Positions 39,960 through 53,340 of a DNA stretch of 64,000 nucleotides are shown here, piece after piece. The notes under the pieces are model-generated. The model was not told where the DNA came from and did not search any database. It saw only the letters and a list, made by a program, of their open reading frames with translations. A program made the translations under genes and the position numbers. Each line of letters begins with the position of its first letter. Position 1 is the first letter of the stretch. The stretch comes from Octopus sinensis (taxonomy: Eukaryota), in NCBI RefSeq assembly GCF_006345805.1, contig NC_042998.1:54560001-54624000 (forward strand), in the 5' to 3' direction.

Positions 39960-40420
39960 TTAAGAGATGAGGAATTATGTATGTTATTTACATTATTTGC
40001 ATTTGACAGATATTTGTCCTCATCTTGATTCAGCTGATAGACCCTCCAGCCTTCATCAGGTGTCTTGGGGAAATTTTGAACTTGGGTATAAAAAATGGGT
40101 TACAGCAAATATTCTGTTCACTACCACAGGTTTGCTTGTCAGTTGTTTGGCCATAACCAGTTGAGCATGTCCCTTGGTGGCTGATGATATGTGCATCTCT
40201 GATCACGAGCATAAGTAGTGGGGGAGCATCATACCAATATTGTGTTGAGAAAGATCTGGATAATTCACCTTTGGAATATCTTAGGAATGAGAACCAGGTT
40301 CAATATTTCCCCAAAACACCTGATGAAGGCTGGAGGGTATATCAGTCGAAATGTGTTAAACAACAAACAAGACGAGGACAAATATCTGTCAAATGTAAAC
40401 AATGTAAATAATGTCCTACT
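39960..40420. mobile_element. Penelope-like inverted terminal repeats with hammerhead-like cores
   Basis: 39960-40090 is the reverse complement of ~40290-40420; CTGATGAaggctg...cagtcGAAA at 40320-40351. Confidence 0.6.
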
Positions 40421-40469
40421 AAAAAGTAATAATAATAATATGGCTTCTAATCTTTACTGATTGGAAATG

Positions 40470-40960
40470 TTATCATGTACATTGTTTTGTCTAGGTATAA
40501 AAGATGGACTACAGCAAATATTCTACTCAATACCACAGGTTTGCTTGTCAGTTGTTTGACCATAACCAGTTGAGCATGTCCCTTGGTGGCTGACAATATG
40601 TGCATCTCTGATCATGAGCAGAAGTAGTGGGGGAGCATTATACCAATGTGTGAAGAGGGGTTTGGATAATTCACCTTTGGAAACATGGGTGTTTCATTCA
40701 ACATCCTTAAACAACCCATATTCAAGGACCTTTTGAGCAGGATGGGCTACTTGACTTGAAAAAAATTCTAACTGGCCCCCATCTACAAGGTCGTTCACTG
40801 TTTATTTTTATATGAGATCACCATGTCACACACATAGTTGTGATGCATGTGCCTAGTGTACCCTTATCAGATGGGTAGTCATGATGGGTATACTGGGCTT
40901 CATATATTTTACCCCAATATCACCTTGATGGCATGCACTGCTCTCTCACTCAATAATAAT
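40470..40960 (+). mobile_element. Interspersed repeat ending in (AAT)n; its 5' part is also present at ~40095-40280
   Basis: accacaggtttgcttgtcagttgttt...gtagtgggggagcat occurs twice; 3' end ctctcactcaataataat. Confidence 0.5.
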
Positions 40961-40961
40961 C

Positions 40962-41150
40962 CCTTAAAATTTGAAATAGGAAGAATTTTGAGTATGAGAA
41001 CTGTCAAGATTGTGCCTATAATAATTGGTGTGTTGGGAACAGCAAGCAAAGATATAGACAAATGGCTGAAGGAGAGGGCTCCTACAGAAAGTTTGTCCCT
41101 TAGGGTCAGCAAGGATTATCAGGAAGGTTCTAAGCTCTTGAAAGACTATT
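40962..41150 (+). mobile_element. R4/Dong LINE C-terminal (RLE endonuclease end) fragment
   Basis: LKFEIGRILSMRTVKIVPIIIGVLGTASKDIDKWLKE, typical of the V(I)PVVIGALG motif at the end of R4/Dong ORFs. Confidence 0.65.
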
Positions 41151-41311
41151 GAAGCATCAACCTCAGTGCTCAACTGATTCTTATTTTATGGACTCCAAAA
41201 GGGTGAAAGGCAAAGCTGGAATTTGAACTCAAAACATAAAAATGGACAAAATGCTGCTAAGCATTTTATCCAGTGTGCTAATGATTCTGCCAGCTCACCA
41301 TGATGATGATG

Positions 41312-41378
<67 letters not shown>

Positions 41379-41682
41379 AAAAACAAATACAAAAATTGCC
41401 ACGTTAAGGTTAGTCAGTATTTTGGAAAATATGTAAACACAACAAAATCAGCACTCCTGCTTACTAGTACGAACATCATCCTGAGCCAGTCGTTGAAGGT
41501 AAAAATGTCACTATCCTCTGGAATTTTCCAGACAACACTACTGCCCCTGCCACTTCCCCTCCCCAAGCTTTCAGTTATATTCTAAAATCTCTTATCCTTC
41601 ACTTGCCCCAGGACACTGGGTGTGTCTCTGCAAGTGATTGTAACAGACATGCAGATTTAAAGTAAATATGATAATAAATAAT

Positions 41683-42031
41683 AACAAAAGCACCCAGAGA
41701 GTGCAAACCTTCATCAAGGCAACACCAATGTCCTCTCAATGATTAGCCAGAGATGATTTTCAAAACGAAAATATCTGAAATAAATTCAACTGCTCTCACA
41801 AATGAGAATACTAAAAATGAACCGGACTGCTCTCAAAAATTAAGTAAAAAAAAAAACAGGAAAAATAATCCAGAATCCTTGTCTGGTACCAGATCGATCC
41901 CAAAATCTAATTAGTTCATGCCAGTCACAAGGCCAAACATCCCTGAAAGTTTCATCCAAATCCATCCAGTGGTTCTTGAGATATCTTGTCCACAGACAAA
42001 CAATACCTATGCCTTTGCTAAGGTGGATGTA
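41683..42031 (+). mobile_element. HINE-like family 1 copy B
   Basis: Colinear with 1718-2071, including aatccagaatccttg...cccaaaatctaat...aagtttcatc and the 3' hairpin. Confidence 0.6.
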
Positions 42032-44161
42032 TTAATAATAATGATGATGATGGTAATAATGCCTTGATCAGGGTTGACTGTTTTGTTAATAGTCCAACAA
42101 TGTAAATTTACATTATTCATGGTTTATTTTTATCACATTCTAAAATAAGGAGAAACATCTATTTCTTTTATTTTTTTTTAACAAAAAGGTTTTGTTTATT
42201 TCCATCACTACCGTTTCCCCATCTATTTTTACATGTTTGTCTATGAAGATTAAGTAAATACTTTCCATTCTCATCTTAATATTTTGTTTCAGATCAAACA
42301 AAAAACACAAACTTTAAGAGAAATGGTATAAAAGAAATGGAAGGAACTAGCAAGCTAATGGCTAAATAGACATTGTCTTGAGATTTGAATAGCGTTCCCT
42401 TGGGTAAAGTTTTAAGAAAAGGAATGTTCTTCATACACACTTTATCATCATCATCATCATCCATTTGATGTAACAGTGTAAAACAATACATAGAGCATGA
42501 AGCAAAACTTTTAAAACAAATATTATTTCCCTTGGGTAGATTCTGTGATTTTCCAAGAATGAATAAGATATAATAGTATCAAGGACGTACAAATTTTATT
42601 TCTCACATATGGAAAAACAAAACAAGAAAAAAACATAGAATTAAAAAAAAAAATTTTTTTATCAAAAATATTCTATTTTGTTAATTCTGAACATACAGAG
42701 TAAAACAAAAAGGTATATCCCAGTTACAGGTAAATTGCAGCTCATGAGGCTTTCTGAATGGCATACCTAATTTCATGAAGAAAATAATGTTTTTTAATAG
42801 TGCAACCCACCTGATGATAAGCTATGTTTTATGTAGCCCACTTCTTGATAAACGTTGCCCATGCTTGGTTCATGCAGCTAATTCTTAAGTGTTATATACA
42901 ACTTGCACACAGCTGATTCATAAGTGTTGGATGGCAATTACAGTAAAATGACTGGTCAGTGCTTTGCAAGTTCTATGATTACTATCTGTGAGCATATGTG
43001 CTTCATCCCTCCTCACCTGTCAGAAAAAGTTAGGTAGACAACTGAAACCATCTCATTTGGTATGTTCTTCCCCATCCTACACACATCAAAATCTCACCAC
43101 TCCAGTTTGCTACGCAGCTGGCAAAAATGCATTGTACCTGTAATTCAAAGGACCAGCAATGACACACTCTATAATGTTGAATCTCACTGAGAACTACATT
43201 AAGGGTATGTGTGTCTGTGGTGCACTCACCCATTTGCACAGTAATCTCATAAGCAGGCTGTTCTGTTGATCAATTCAACTTGGAATCCTCATTGTCATAA
43301 CCAACGGAGTACCCACATTGAATTCAGTCACCTTCATATTGAGTCCAAGCCTTGCACTAACCACTATATCCTATACTTCCTCTTCACAGAAATTCCCTTA
43401 CTGAACACATCTCTACAAGAATTCCTTTGCTAAACACGTCTCTCCTGCAGTTAACAACTTGCAGCATTACCTATGGAATATTATCTTTATCAGTCTCAAA
43501 AGCCTTGGGGTACCTAATGGTACTTCCCCTTTCTTCCAGACTTACTAATAAAAAGAAAAAGGTGGTGAAACCAGTTATTTCACTGTTGGATCTCAGTACT
43601 ACTTCTTCTAATTCTTATATTTGAGACAACAATAGAATGAGCTACAGCAACATACACACCAATTTTTAGTGACCAGACTTGAACAGATGATTAATACAAA
43701 GATAATATCAATAAGATCTATTAATTAGTCTCAGCATTCAGTCAGCTTGACTTAACTAATTCATGTCACTGCATCTCACACAATCACCGGCTAACAGCAG
43801 CATTATATATGGAGGCATGACAAAGTATAATTAATTTACCACTTCCTTAATTCTATCACTGAAGAATTGTTGTCCACGATAGAATTTTATAGAGTTTAGC
43901 TCTGCATGGTTTCTGACAGCTATAGTCTCACGAATATTTTCTGATTCATGAAAATAAGTTGATAAATGGAATACTGAGGACTGTTACTTTGATAACTCTA
44001 GATGTACTGAGTAATGACGTTATATTCTATCTTTACAATTGTTAAAGCAATTTAACATTAATTAAATATTATGAGCAATACCTTTCATTTCATTCAGTTT
44101 TACACCCGTTTTTCCATGTTGGCATGGGTTAGAAGGAAATATTATTATGGTATTCTTTTTA

Positions 44162-44389
44162 GGTGAGCTGGCAGAATCGTTAGCACGCTGGGCGAAATGC
44201 TTAGCGGTATTTCGTCTGTTGTTACGTTGTGAGTTCAAATTCCGCCGAGGTCGACTTTGCCTTTCATCCTTTCGGGGTCGATAAATTAAGTACCAGTTAT
44301 GCACTGGAGTTGGTGTAATCGACTTAATACCTATGTCTGTCCTTGTTTCTCCCTTCTATGTTTAGCCCCTGGTGGGTAATAAAGAAATA
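44162..44389 (+). mobile_element. Family B tRNA-derived SINE, young copy with 13-bp TSD
   Basis: Flanked by ggtattcttttta at 44149-44161 and 44390-44402; CpG-rich body; B-box-like gagttcaaattc. Confidence 0.85.
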
Positions 44390-44910
44390 GGTATTCTTTT
44401 TACAGTCAGATGTCTTTCTTGTTGTTAACCTTCACCTATTTTTCAAGTAAGGAGTCTTTCATTTCACACGTTTTGAAAGTACAAACCCAGTGAGGGATTT
44501 ATTGACAGGCCAAGTGACAACAATATCACAACACATTATATTAGTACAAATGTAAACAAACACACAGACACACATACATATGTACATCATCATCATTATT
44601 TATTGTCCATCTTCCATGCTGGCATAGGTTAGATGGTTTGACTGAAATTGGTAAGCTGGAGAGCTGCACCAGGCTCTAATCTATTTTGGCTTGGTTTCCA
44701 AAGCTGGATGTCCTTCCTAACATCAACCATTCTACACTTTATATGTCACAGGCACAGGTGCCTTTTAAGTGTCACCAGCACTCCATGACTACAATTTCAC
44801 TTGGCTTGACATGTCTTCTCAAGCACAGCAAATCTCTATCACTTGTCATCAACTCCATGAGACTCAACAGCCGAAGATCATAAATATATATAAGCCCCAA
44901 AATACATATA

Positions 44911-45410
44911 TTGGGTTGTCCAGAAAGTTTGTGCCGATTTATAGTAGCTTACCTTTCAACTTATTTTAGAACATGGTTGAGTCCATAAAATAGGATTTGA
45001 CTACACCTACATTTAGAGCACAGTTTAAGCTATCTTTTCAAGTTCATTTTCGGCACTTGATGCTTTGTGAACCAGACAAAATTTGCTGCAGCTCGGCTGG
45101 GATGTGTTACCCCACCCTCCATATTCACCAGATATTGCTCCTTTGGATTTCCACTTATTCAGGTCTCTGCAGAATAGTCTTAATGGTAAAAATTTCAATT
45201 CCTTGGATGACATAAAAAGATACCTTGATGAACTCTTTGCCATGAAACCACCTCAATTCTGGGAAGAGGGTATTCTCTAGTTAAAGGAAAGATGGAGATG
45301 CATTGTGCAACAAAATGGTTCATATTTGGTTGATTAAAAATGTAATGGCAAGTATTTATTGGCCTTTTTCTTTCTTTTAAAAATCGGCACAAACTTTCCA
45401 GACAACCCAA
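44911..45410 (+). mobile_element. Internally deleted mariner element (500 bp) with TIRs and TA TSD
   Basis: Same TIRs as 34598-35163; WDVLPHPPYSPDIAPLDFHLF; TA at 44909-44910 and 45411-45412. Confidence 0.92.
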
Positions 45411-45711
45411 TATATGTGAGCATGTATGTACAAGTGTGCACACATGTATGTAATACATATATGGATAAATACGATAGGCTTCTTTCAGATTCTGCTTACC
45501 AGATCCATTCACCAAGCTTTGGTTGGCCAGGGGTTGTAAAGTAAGACACATGGCCAAGGTACCTTACAGTGTGAGACTGAATCCAAAACCATATGGTTGA
45601 GAAGCAAACTTCTAATCCACACAGTCATGTCAGTGTCAGTATAAAATGAAATTGTATTTAAAATTTTAAACTGTTCTTAGAGAACAAAAGTAGTTTCTTG
45701 AAACAACTCAC

Positions 45712-45814
45712 AAGATTCTGGTGTTCTTTCCCAGTTTCTTGATGTCTTTCAGAGATTTCTGTGTCTGCTGTTTCTTCTAGTTTGCCCAGCATTTTCATGA
45801 GATTTACTTGTTGC
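45712..45814 (-). CDS. KATNIP: KATNIP-like exon (103 nt, phase 2 to 0)
   Basis: Acceptor tttaatgttcgcag|G and donor CTT|gtgagt. Translates (R)QQVNLMKMLGKLEETADTEISERHQETGKEHQNL, resembling human RQQQKLLKVLQAVES. Confidence 0.8.
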
Positions 45815-45894
45815 CTGCGAACATTAAATAAATAAATAAATAAATCAATAAAAACAAACAAAAAAGATAAACAAATGATATTCTTTTATCATTC

Positions 45895-46255
45895 TTTTAT
45901 TCTTTTATTCATTTCAGTCATTTGACTGTGGCCATGCTGGAGCACCGCCTTTAATCAAACAAATCAACCCCAGAACTTATTCTTTGTAAGCCTAGTACTT
46001 ATTCTATCAGTCTCTTTGCCAATAAGTTACAGGGACGTAAACACACCAGCATTGGTTGTCAAGCGATGGTGGGGGGACAAACACACACACACACATGATG
46101 GGCTTCTTTCAGTTTCCATCTATCAAATCCACTCACAGGACTTTGACCAGCCCGAGGCTATAGAAGAAGACACTTAACCAAGGTACCACACAGTGGGACT
46201 GAACCCGAAACCATGTGGCTGGTAAGCAAGCTACTTACCACACAGCCATGCCTTA
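45895..46255 (-). mobile_element. Family A SINE
   Basis: Reverse complement of the 38365-38775 architecture; lies ~80 bp upstream of the 45814 acceptor. Confidence 0.75.
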
Positions 46256-47770
46256 GACATAAAGACTAAATTTTTATATGGTGTAAGGAATGAGAAGTTG
46301 TGATTGCCATTCTGTTCCTAACATCATAAGCAATACAACTCTGGTGGTTAGTCAGGTACACAAAGCTACTGTTGAACTTGAAGTGCAATTAAGTCATATT
46401 TCTGGTACATCAAGTGAAATAAAATTGGGTTTTAATATCAGAAAAAAAAAACAATTATAAATAATAATTCTATGGATATATTAGAATATTAACTCTTTAG
46501 CATTCACATTATTCTAGCAAATGTAATGCTTATATATTAGCATTGTTTTGAATTAATCTTGCATTATCTTGTAAGTTCAAGATTTCAAGGATGTAATTGT
46601 TTAATTTTAAAATAGTGTTGTAGGGTAGGTATGAGAGGCTAAAACCACTCAGCTTGAAGATAAAACCAAGAGAATAGTGGGATTGGATATGGCCAATTAA
46701 AATGCCAATGGGTTAATGTGTTGAAAAGGATTTTACAAAATTGAAAAAGTTTGTATAACTTTGGTATATATTTTGGCACAAGGACAGTAAGACCTGAAAT
46801 TTTGGAGAAGGGGTAAGTTGATTACATCAACCCCAGTACACAACTGGTACTTATTTTATCAACCCCAAAAGGATGAAAGGCAGAGTTAACCTTGGCAGAA
46901 TTTGAACTCAGAACATAAAGACAGACAAAAGCATTTAGAGTTTGTATACATTTGAAGAAAGAATAATAGATATTAAGGGGAAAAAAAGGAGAAACATATA
47001 TTGAAATGAAGTGCTGAGGAGTGTAAGAAAAACCAAAGTGTTGAGAAGCAACAGGACAATGAGAACTGAAATTAAGCAGAACACAGAGCAAAATTGTGGA
47101 GAGAAAAAAAAAAGGGGGAGGATAAAACATTAAAAAAGGGTAGCATGAGTGCCTTTTACATGTCACAAGTATAAGCGTCTCTTACATGTCACCAGCACAG
47201 GTGCCTTTCAGGTGTCACCAGCACTGGCCACGACTATGATTTCACTTAGCTTGATGTGCCTTCTCAAGCACAGTAAAATGTCTTAGCTTGAAACATGACA
47301 TTCCTCAACAAAAGATTGATTGGTATATAAAATTGCTTTCTGCAGTTAGGGGCAATAAAATTTTGAGAAGATATATCTGATTTCTGCAGTAAAAGGGTTA
47401 AAAAGAAAAATGGTACAATTTATTTTTATAAAGCTTCCACAACTTTTTGGCATTTCTACAATTGAATTTAAACACACCTGAGGTTATTCTTGTTCAAAAA
47501 GAAAAAAACAAGAAAATTTAAACAGTTTTCTAAATTATGGATTAAGTTGATGTTTAACCCCAGGGAAAATTTGAATGAGTTAACTTAAAATCAAAAGCTT
47601 TCCAACTATAGCTACCCTATTAGTTTTCCCAATAATTGTATGCCTAGGCAATTATTCAACAAGCCATTCCATTTTAAGAGAACAGTTTGAAGGCGGTTTA
47701 GCTTAGTATTTCTAGTAGCTCAGTTGCACATTGTCAATGTAGTGACTCACCTATTGCCTTAATAGATTAA

Positions 47771-47978
47771 CTCATTTAATCCAGCCATATTTAGATGAAA
47801 TATTCTGTTCTATGTTCAAACTGGCCAGATGTGGTTTCTCATACCAACCCTACAATATCATTCTAAAACTTAACAGTTACCTCATCAAAACCTCATAGCA
47901 ACAAGATAATGCATGATTAATTCAAAACAATGTGAATGAAGAAGCATTACTTTTGACAATAATCTGCACACTAAAGGG
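47771..47978 (+). mobile_element. piggyBac-type MITE (degenerate left end)
   Basis: Body matches 37806-38025; right end cactaaaggg-ttaa. Confidence 0.55.
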
Positions 47979-49819
47979 TTAAGATAGATAATTATGATGA
48001 AGGACATTCAAACTAAGACATAGAAATTTCTCTAAAAATTATAAACCTGAATAAATTTTTACTGTCTTTCAAATACTTCATGTTGAAATTTCATTTCAGA
48101 ATGGAACTTTGATCCATCCTATAGCATGGGTGTTATTCAATATGCTGAGTGTAATAAACAGCATGACTCATTCATCTAACATAGATAGGTAAATATATTA
48201 AAGGGAAACTGAATAATCATCTAATTGGTGATATAATTAAGTTTCCTTACCTCAGAAAGAATCATACCAGATAATAAATGATCTGATAAGGATGATCTAT
48301 AAACTTATATTAAATAAACTCCAATGGTTGGCACCTGGCAACTGTTAACTATTAATTATTTAATCATTAAAGATTGGGCATTTCTGAAGCTTATATTGGT
48401 GAATAACAAAGTAAACATTTCCAGGCCAATGATAACTACTTTAAAAAAAAATATAATTTATCAGCTCTAAACAAATTTATAGATAAAGAGATCCAGGATT
48501 TTAGGAGTGACAAAAGGAGCAGTAGTAGTTAACATTTATGAGCAGTTATGAAATGAAGCCTACAAAATGCCTATATGGATGGAATCAGCAGCTAAGCAAT
48601 TTAGCCCTTATGTTCTTATGCCATTCATAACAGATGCTATAAAATTTTATGGAGTTTAAGGATATTCTATTGTTAGGAGAACTTGCTGGATATACCAGGG
48701 AGTTTCATTTATGGAGATGCCATTATAAGAACTCAAGGAAAATGAAGTGATAAAGTATAGTTGCTATAATTTAAAAACCTTTTAGCTCTGAAGGAAGCAC
48801 AATAAGAGCTGAGGTGTTTAATATAGAGAGCCACCAGAAGCCAGAAAGAAACAAGTTGAATATGATAAATTTTTACTCTTTTTTATTATTATCATTAATA
48901 ATACTTTTATGTTATTTTATTATTATCATTAATAATAAATGGAATAACAGATGCCCAAATTTCTTGGTTCTGTCTGTGACATAACATGCCATGGATGAAT
49001 TTATCAAAGGACTTCAAAAGTAGTCAACCTCTTGGTCTAGATAGCAGATTATTTCAAAATTTGAATCTCTTGTTAAAAAAGTTGTACCAAGGATTTTCTT
49101 CCAAGGTGGAATCAGGGTCATCTATAATAGAAAACATTCTATTTTTGTATATATATATTTCTCTCCAGAAATATTCAAAGATGTGACGTGAGCCATACAG
49201 CCATACAAGCCAGTGTCTACAGCCATCTTTTTAGACTGGTATCACATTGTTGTCTAACTGGTGCTTATATATGGTTAGCCAGCATCTAAGTAATTCTGGA
49301 AAACTTTAGCTACAAGTATTAGTGTGTACAATACAAGTATTGGAGAAAGTTACACTGAGTTGTAGAGCAGCATAGCTTCCTTTATGAATATTGGTGTAAT
49401 TATGTAAGTTGTATTTGGACTTTATCTGGGTAGAGTAAAATCAGGAATCCAAAGAACCTGATGATGGTGTATGTCAGCAACAAATTCTTCCACAGCAGAA
49501 ATTTGTAGAAGAGTTCAAGGAATACATTTTCAGTAACATTTCACATTTTTTCTCTTTGTCTGGCCAAGGAAGAGAGACAGACAGACAGATAGACAGAGAG
49601 GAAGTGCTGCTGTTGCTTTAATCATGTGTCAAAGTGCCCGCAACACTTTCTCTCTTGCTTTCAAATGGAAAAGCTGGATTTTTTACCCTTCATAGCAACT
49701 GAACTGATCAAACTCTACCATAAACTCAACTTTTCCCAAGTAGTCTAGTTGTTTTCAGTGTTGGTCAATTAGAATTAAAAGAAGGAATTAGCTGTGATTA
49801 TTAGTTCATCCATCATTAT

Positions 49820-50330
49820 CAATAATGACCAGACATCACATGGGAGAAGAAGACAAGGTACTGTGTGTCTGGCTGTGGCCAATCAGTCTGATGTGTACCC
49901 AGAAGGTTCTACAAATCAGGTACCAGTGGTCAGTTGGGACTGAAAGCAAGGAGTTGACGCTGGACTTGCATAGTTTACATTTTTTCATGCCCCTGCAATC
50001 TTATTCTGTTTGTAGGAGGCAGTACATCTATTGGGGTATCTTCACCAAGCAGGGCAGTCTCATGCTTACATTTCCCAGATATTGAGGTTAATCTCAAAGC
50101 TCTTCAGTGAGGCTTTGGGCATGTCCTTGAAGTGCTTCTTCTGTCCACTTTGCATGTGCTTGTCTTCTATCAATTTATTACAAAACAGTCTCTTGGGGAG
50201 TCACGTGTTAGGCATTTGAGCCAGGTGGCCTACCCATGTGACTGCACTCTCCTCAGCAGTCGGTAGATGATTGGTAAATCAGATTGATAAAAGACTTCCG
50301 TGTCAAGGACCTTGACTTGCATGGCGATTT
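49820..50330 (-). mobile_element. RTE-clade LINE 3' fragment
   Basis: The minus strand resembles the RTE/BovB C-terminus (GQKKHFKDMPKASLKSFEINLNIWE-like), decayed. Confidence 0.6.
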
Positions 50331-50939
50331 GTATACAAACACAGACAGATACAAAGATATCAATAATATTAGTCTATGGCAAGCTGAGAGAAGAGAGTAC
50401 TGAGTAGAGTCTACTCATATTCACAGTAAAATACTAATGCATTTTAGTCCTTTTGTATTGAGTGTCCATATGTTTGTTTGCATTAGCCATACACCAGCCA
50501 CTACTACTAACACACTTATCGAAACACAGATTTACAGACACACATACATTTATACACAAACACATGGACACACACTGATACATATATATATATCCACACA
50601 TATACACCCACATGTGTATCATCAGTCATCAATTATATTATGTTTGCTTTACCATGCTTTTATGAAAATACATATTTGTATTATATATGCGTAAGAGTAG
50701 GTATGCTTACATAATACGTTTGTAAATGCATTCATACACATTCTCAATTACTAATACACAACACAAGCACACACACAGACATCAATTTATTTTAATACGG
50801 AAGCAAGCAACAGTAACCAGATCAAAGGCAAAACTAAAACCAGCTAATCAATTCATCATCAATACAAGATGTTTATTTTTATAGCCAGCAGTGTGAACGT
50901 TTGTTATGATAGCAACAAATATTGAAAAATTGCTGTTAT

Positions 50940-51070
50940 TTAAATTTTTACAAGAAATTTATATCGTAAGCATACAAAAAAGTCACAATAACCTACTTGG
51001 TGCTTTCTCTCCTTCTGTCCTATATATATAAATGGTTGTATGTGTGTGTGTATGTATGTATGTATGTATG

Positions 51071-51111
<41 letters not shown>

Positions 51112-51202
51112 ATATATATGTATGTATATATATATGTATGTATATGTGTATATATATGTATGTATATATATATGTATGTAAGTATATATATATGTATGTA
51201 TG

Positions 51203-51247
<45 letters not shown>

Positions 51248-51290
51248 GTATATATATATGTATGTATATATATATATGTATATATATATG

Positions 51291-51325
<35 letters not shown>

Positions 51326-51510
51326 GTCTATATATATATGTATGCATATATATATGTACATATGTATATATATATGTCTATATATATATGTATGCATATA
51401 TATATATGTATGTATATATATATGTATGTAATATATATATATATGTGTATATATATATATGTATGTATATATATATGTATGTATATATATATGTATATAA
51501 AATCATATGT
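50940..51510. repeat. (TA/TG) compound microsatellite
   Basis: Nearly pure tatg/tata repeats; ends ~80 bp downstream of the 51593 donor. Confidence 0.9.
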
Positions 51511-51592
51511 ATATAAAATCATCACAAGGTTTTCTTAATCTGTTTTCTTATCAAGTTTGGAAATAATTATAGCTAAATTGCTATTTTCTTAC

Positions 51593-51669
51593 CGAGGTCT
51601 CATTCTGAGAACATTTTTCGTGATTAAATTAACCTGCTGCTCAGTTAAGGTTCCCGAATGTGATTCAAA
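51593..51669 (-). CDS. KATNIP: KATNIP-like exon (77 nt, phase 0 to 2)
   Basis: Strong acceptor tttttatttcccttttgtattgcag|TTT and donor CCTCG|gtaaga. Translates FESHSGTLTEQQVNLITKNVLRMRP(R). Not in the ORF track (too short) but exactly bridges the phases of the 54474 and 45814 exons. Confidence 0.78.
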
Positions 51670-51824
51670 CTGCAATACAAAAGGGAAATAAAAAGTCAAA
51701 ATAGAGAGAGTGAATTTTCTTATTGTATTGATGTATATAAAATGTGATGCAAATAAAACATCTGTTCTTTAACTGAGCAGATCTTTCATCAAAATCATTC
51801 CCAATGTGAGCAGGTCATCTTTTA

Positions 51825-52200
51825 CTTGTTTCGGTTGTGAGACTGTGGCCATGCTGGGGTACCACCTTGAAGAATTAGTCGTCAAATGAATTGACTACTT
51901 TTTTTTTCAAGCCTGGTTCTTATTCTATCAGTCTATTTTGCTGAGCTGCTAAGTTACAGGGATGTAAATACACCAAAATAAGTTGTGGTAGTGGGGGGAA
52001 AACACAGACACACACACATACACACACACACACACATGATAGGCATCCTTCAGTTTCCGTCTACCAAATCCACTCATGAGGTTTTAGTCAGCCCAAGGCT
52101 ATAGCAGAAAACACTTGACCAAGGTTTCATGTAGTGGGACTGAACCTGGAATCATATGGTTGGGAAGCAAGCTTCTTACCATACAGCCACACCTGCACCA
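51825..52200 (-). mobile_element. Family A SINE
   Basis: Tail, (CA)n and head as in the other copies. Confidence 0.65.
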
Positions 52201-53114
52201 ATTTTTTTTTTTCCAGGAATTGTGTATCTAGACATATAATGTCCAAGATAACCTTCTGTTTTGTTTTCTTTTGAATATTTTTCAGATAGTGAATGATTTG
52301 AGGAAGATTTGTTTGCTATTTCTAACAACTCAAACAGCCATATTGAGAATTTTTGTTGTTGTTGGTTTCTGAATATTTGTTTGATTTTTTTTTTTCTTTT
52401 TTTCTGTTTTGTTGAAAACAGACATCTCTTAAACTCTAATGATATTTACAAATACAATTTATTTAAGAACATTTTCATTGAAGAAAATAAAAATAATGTT
52501 TCCAGAAATGACTCTTAAACTGAACAGAGACATTTGGTTAACTGAGTGCAAAAAAAACCTTGTTTACAATAAATTTATTAAATTCAAATGAGAAATGAAC
52601 ACCAATCGAAACAAAAAATAAATAATAATAATAATAATAATAATATAATATTTAAAAAAATATAACAACTTTGCTATATAAAAGCTAGGAGACAGACACA
52701 TTAACATTTGTATTGTCAAGAAACAGTTCCTATTTTACAGGTTTCGCTCAGATTTACTGCTTTAATCTCTTATGTAATCTAAGAAGGAAAAAAATAAACA
52801 ATATCAAAGATATGAAATGTAAATACTATAACAGAGAGGGTTTGATTATAGGACAGGGTGGGGGAGGGAGTGAAAGGAGACAGATACAGGATATTATAAC
52901 TTACATAAAGATTAATAGAAACAGAAAAATGTGAGTGAAATTCTCTAAGAAAGTAATAAAATTTCTATCCACACGCACACACAGAGTTTCATATAAAGAC
53001 TCACATACATGAATCAATATTTTCATGTACACACTACGGTGAAATAAAATATAACATTGATAGATTTACTACATTAGTAACAAAGTTGAACATAAAACTT
53101 TTCACTTAGAAGAG

Positions 53115-53340
53115 TAATAACAATAATGATAATGATGATGGTGGTGGTGGTGGTGGTGAAGATGATGGTGGTGGTGATGAAGATGGTGGTAATGATAACT
53201 TCAACAATGTTGATTATGATGATGAAGACAATGGGGATGATGAGGAACATGATGACAATGACAAAAGGAAGGACTATGAAGATGATGATGATGGTGGTGG
53301 TGGTGATGATGATGAATATGATGTTGACAACCACAGCTGC
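53115..53340. repeat. Degenerate (GAT/GGT)n trinucleotide tract
   Basis: Visible gat/ggt runs; gives M/V-rich, I/T-rich and D/G-rich open frames. Confidence 0.8.

Noticed and set aside
44162-44245. tRNA-like sequences (also at 60738 and in family A heads)
   Set aside because: They have A/B boxes but no complete cloverleaf, and are followed by SINE bodies with TSDs; these are SINE heads, not tRNA genes.
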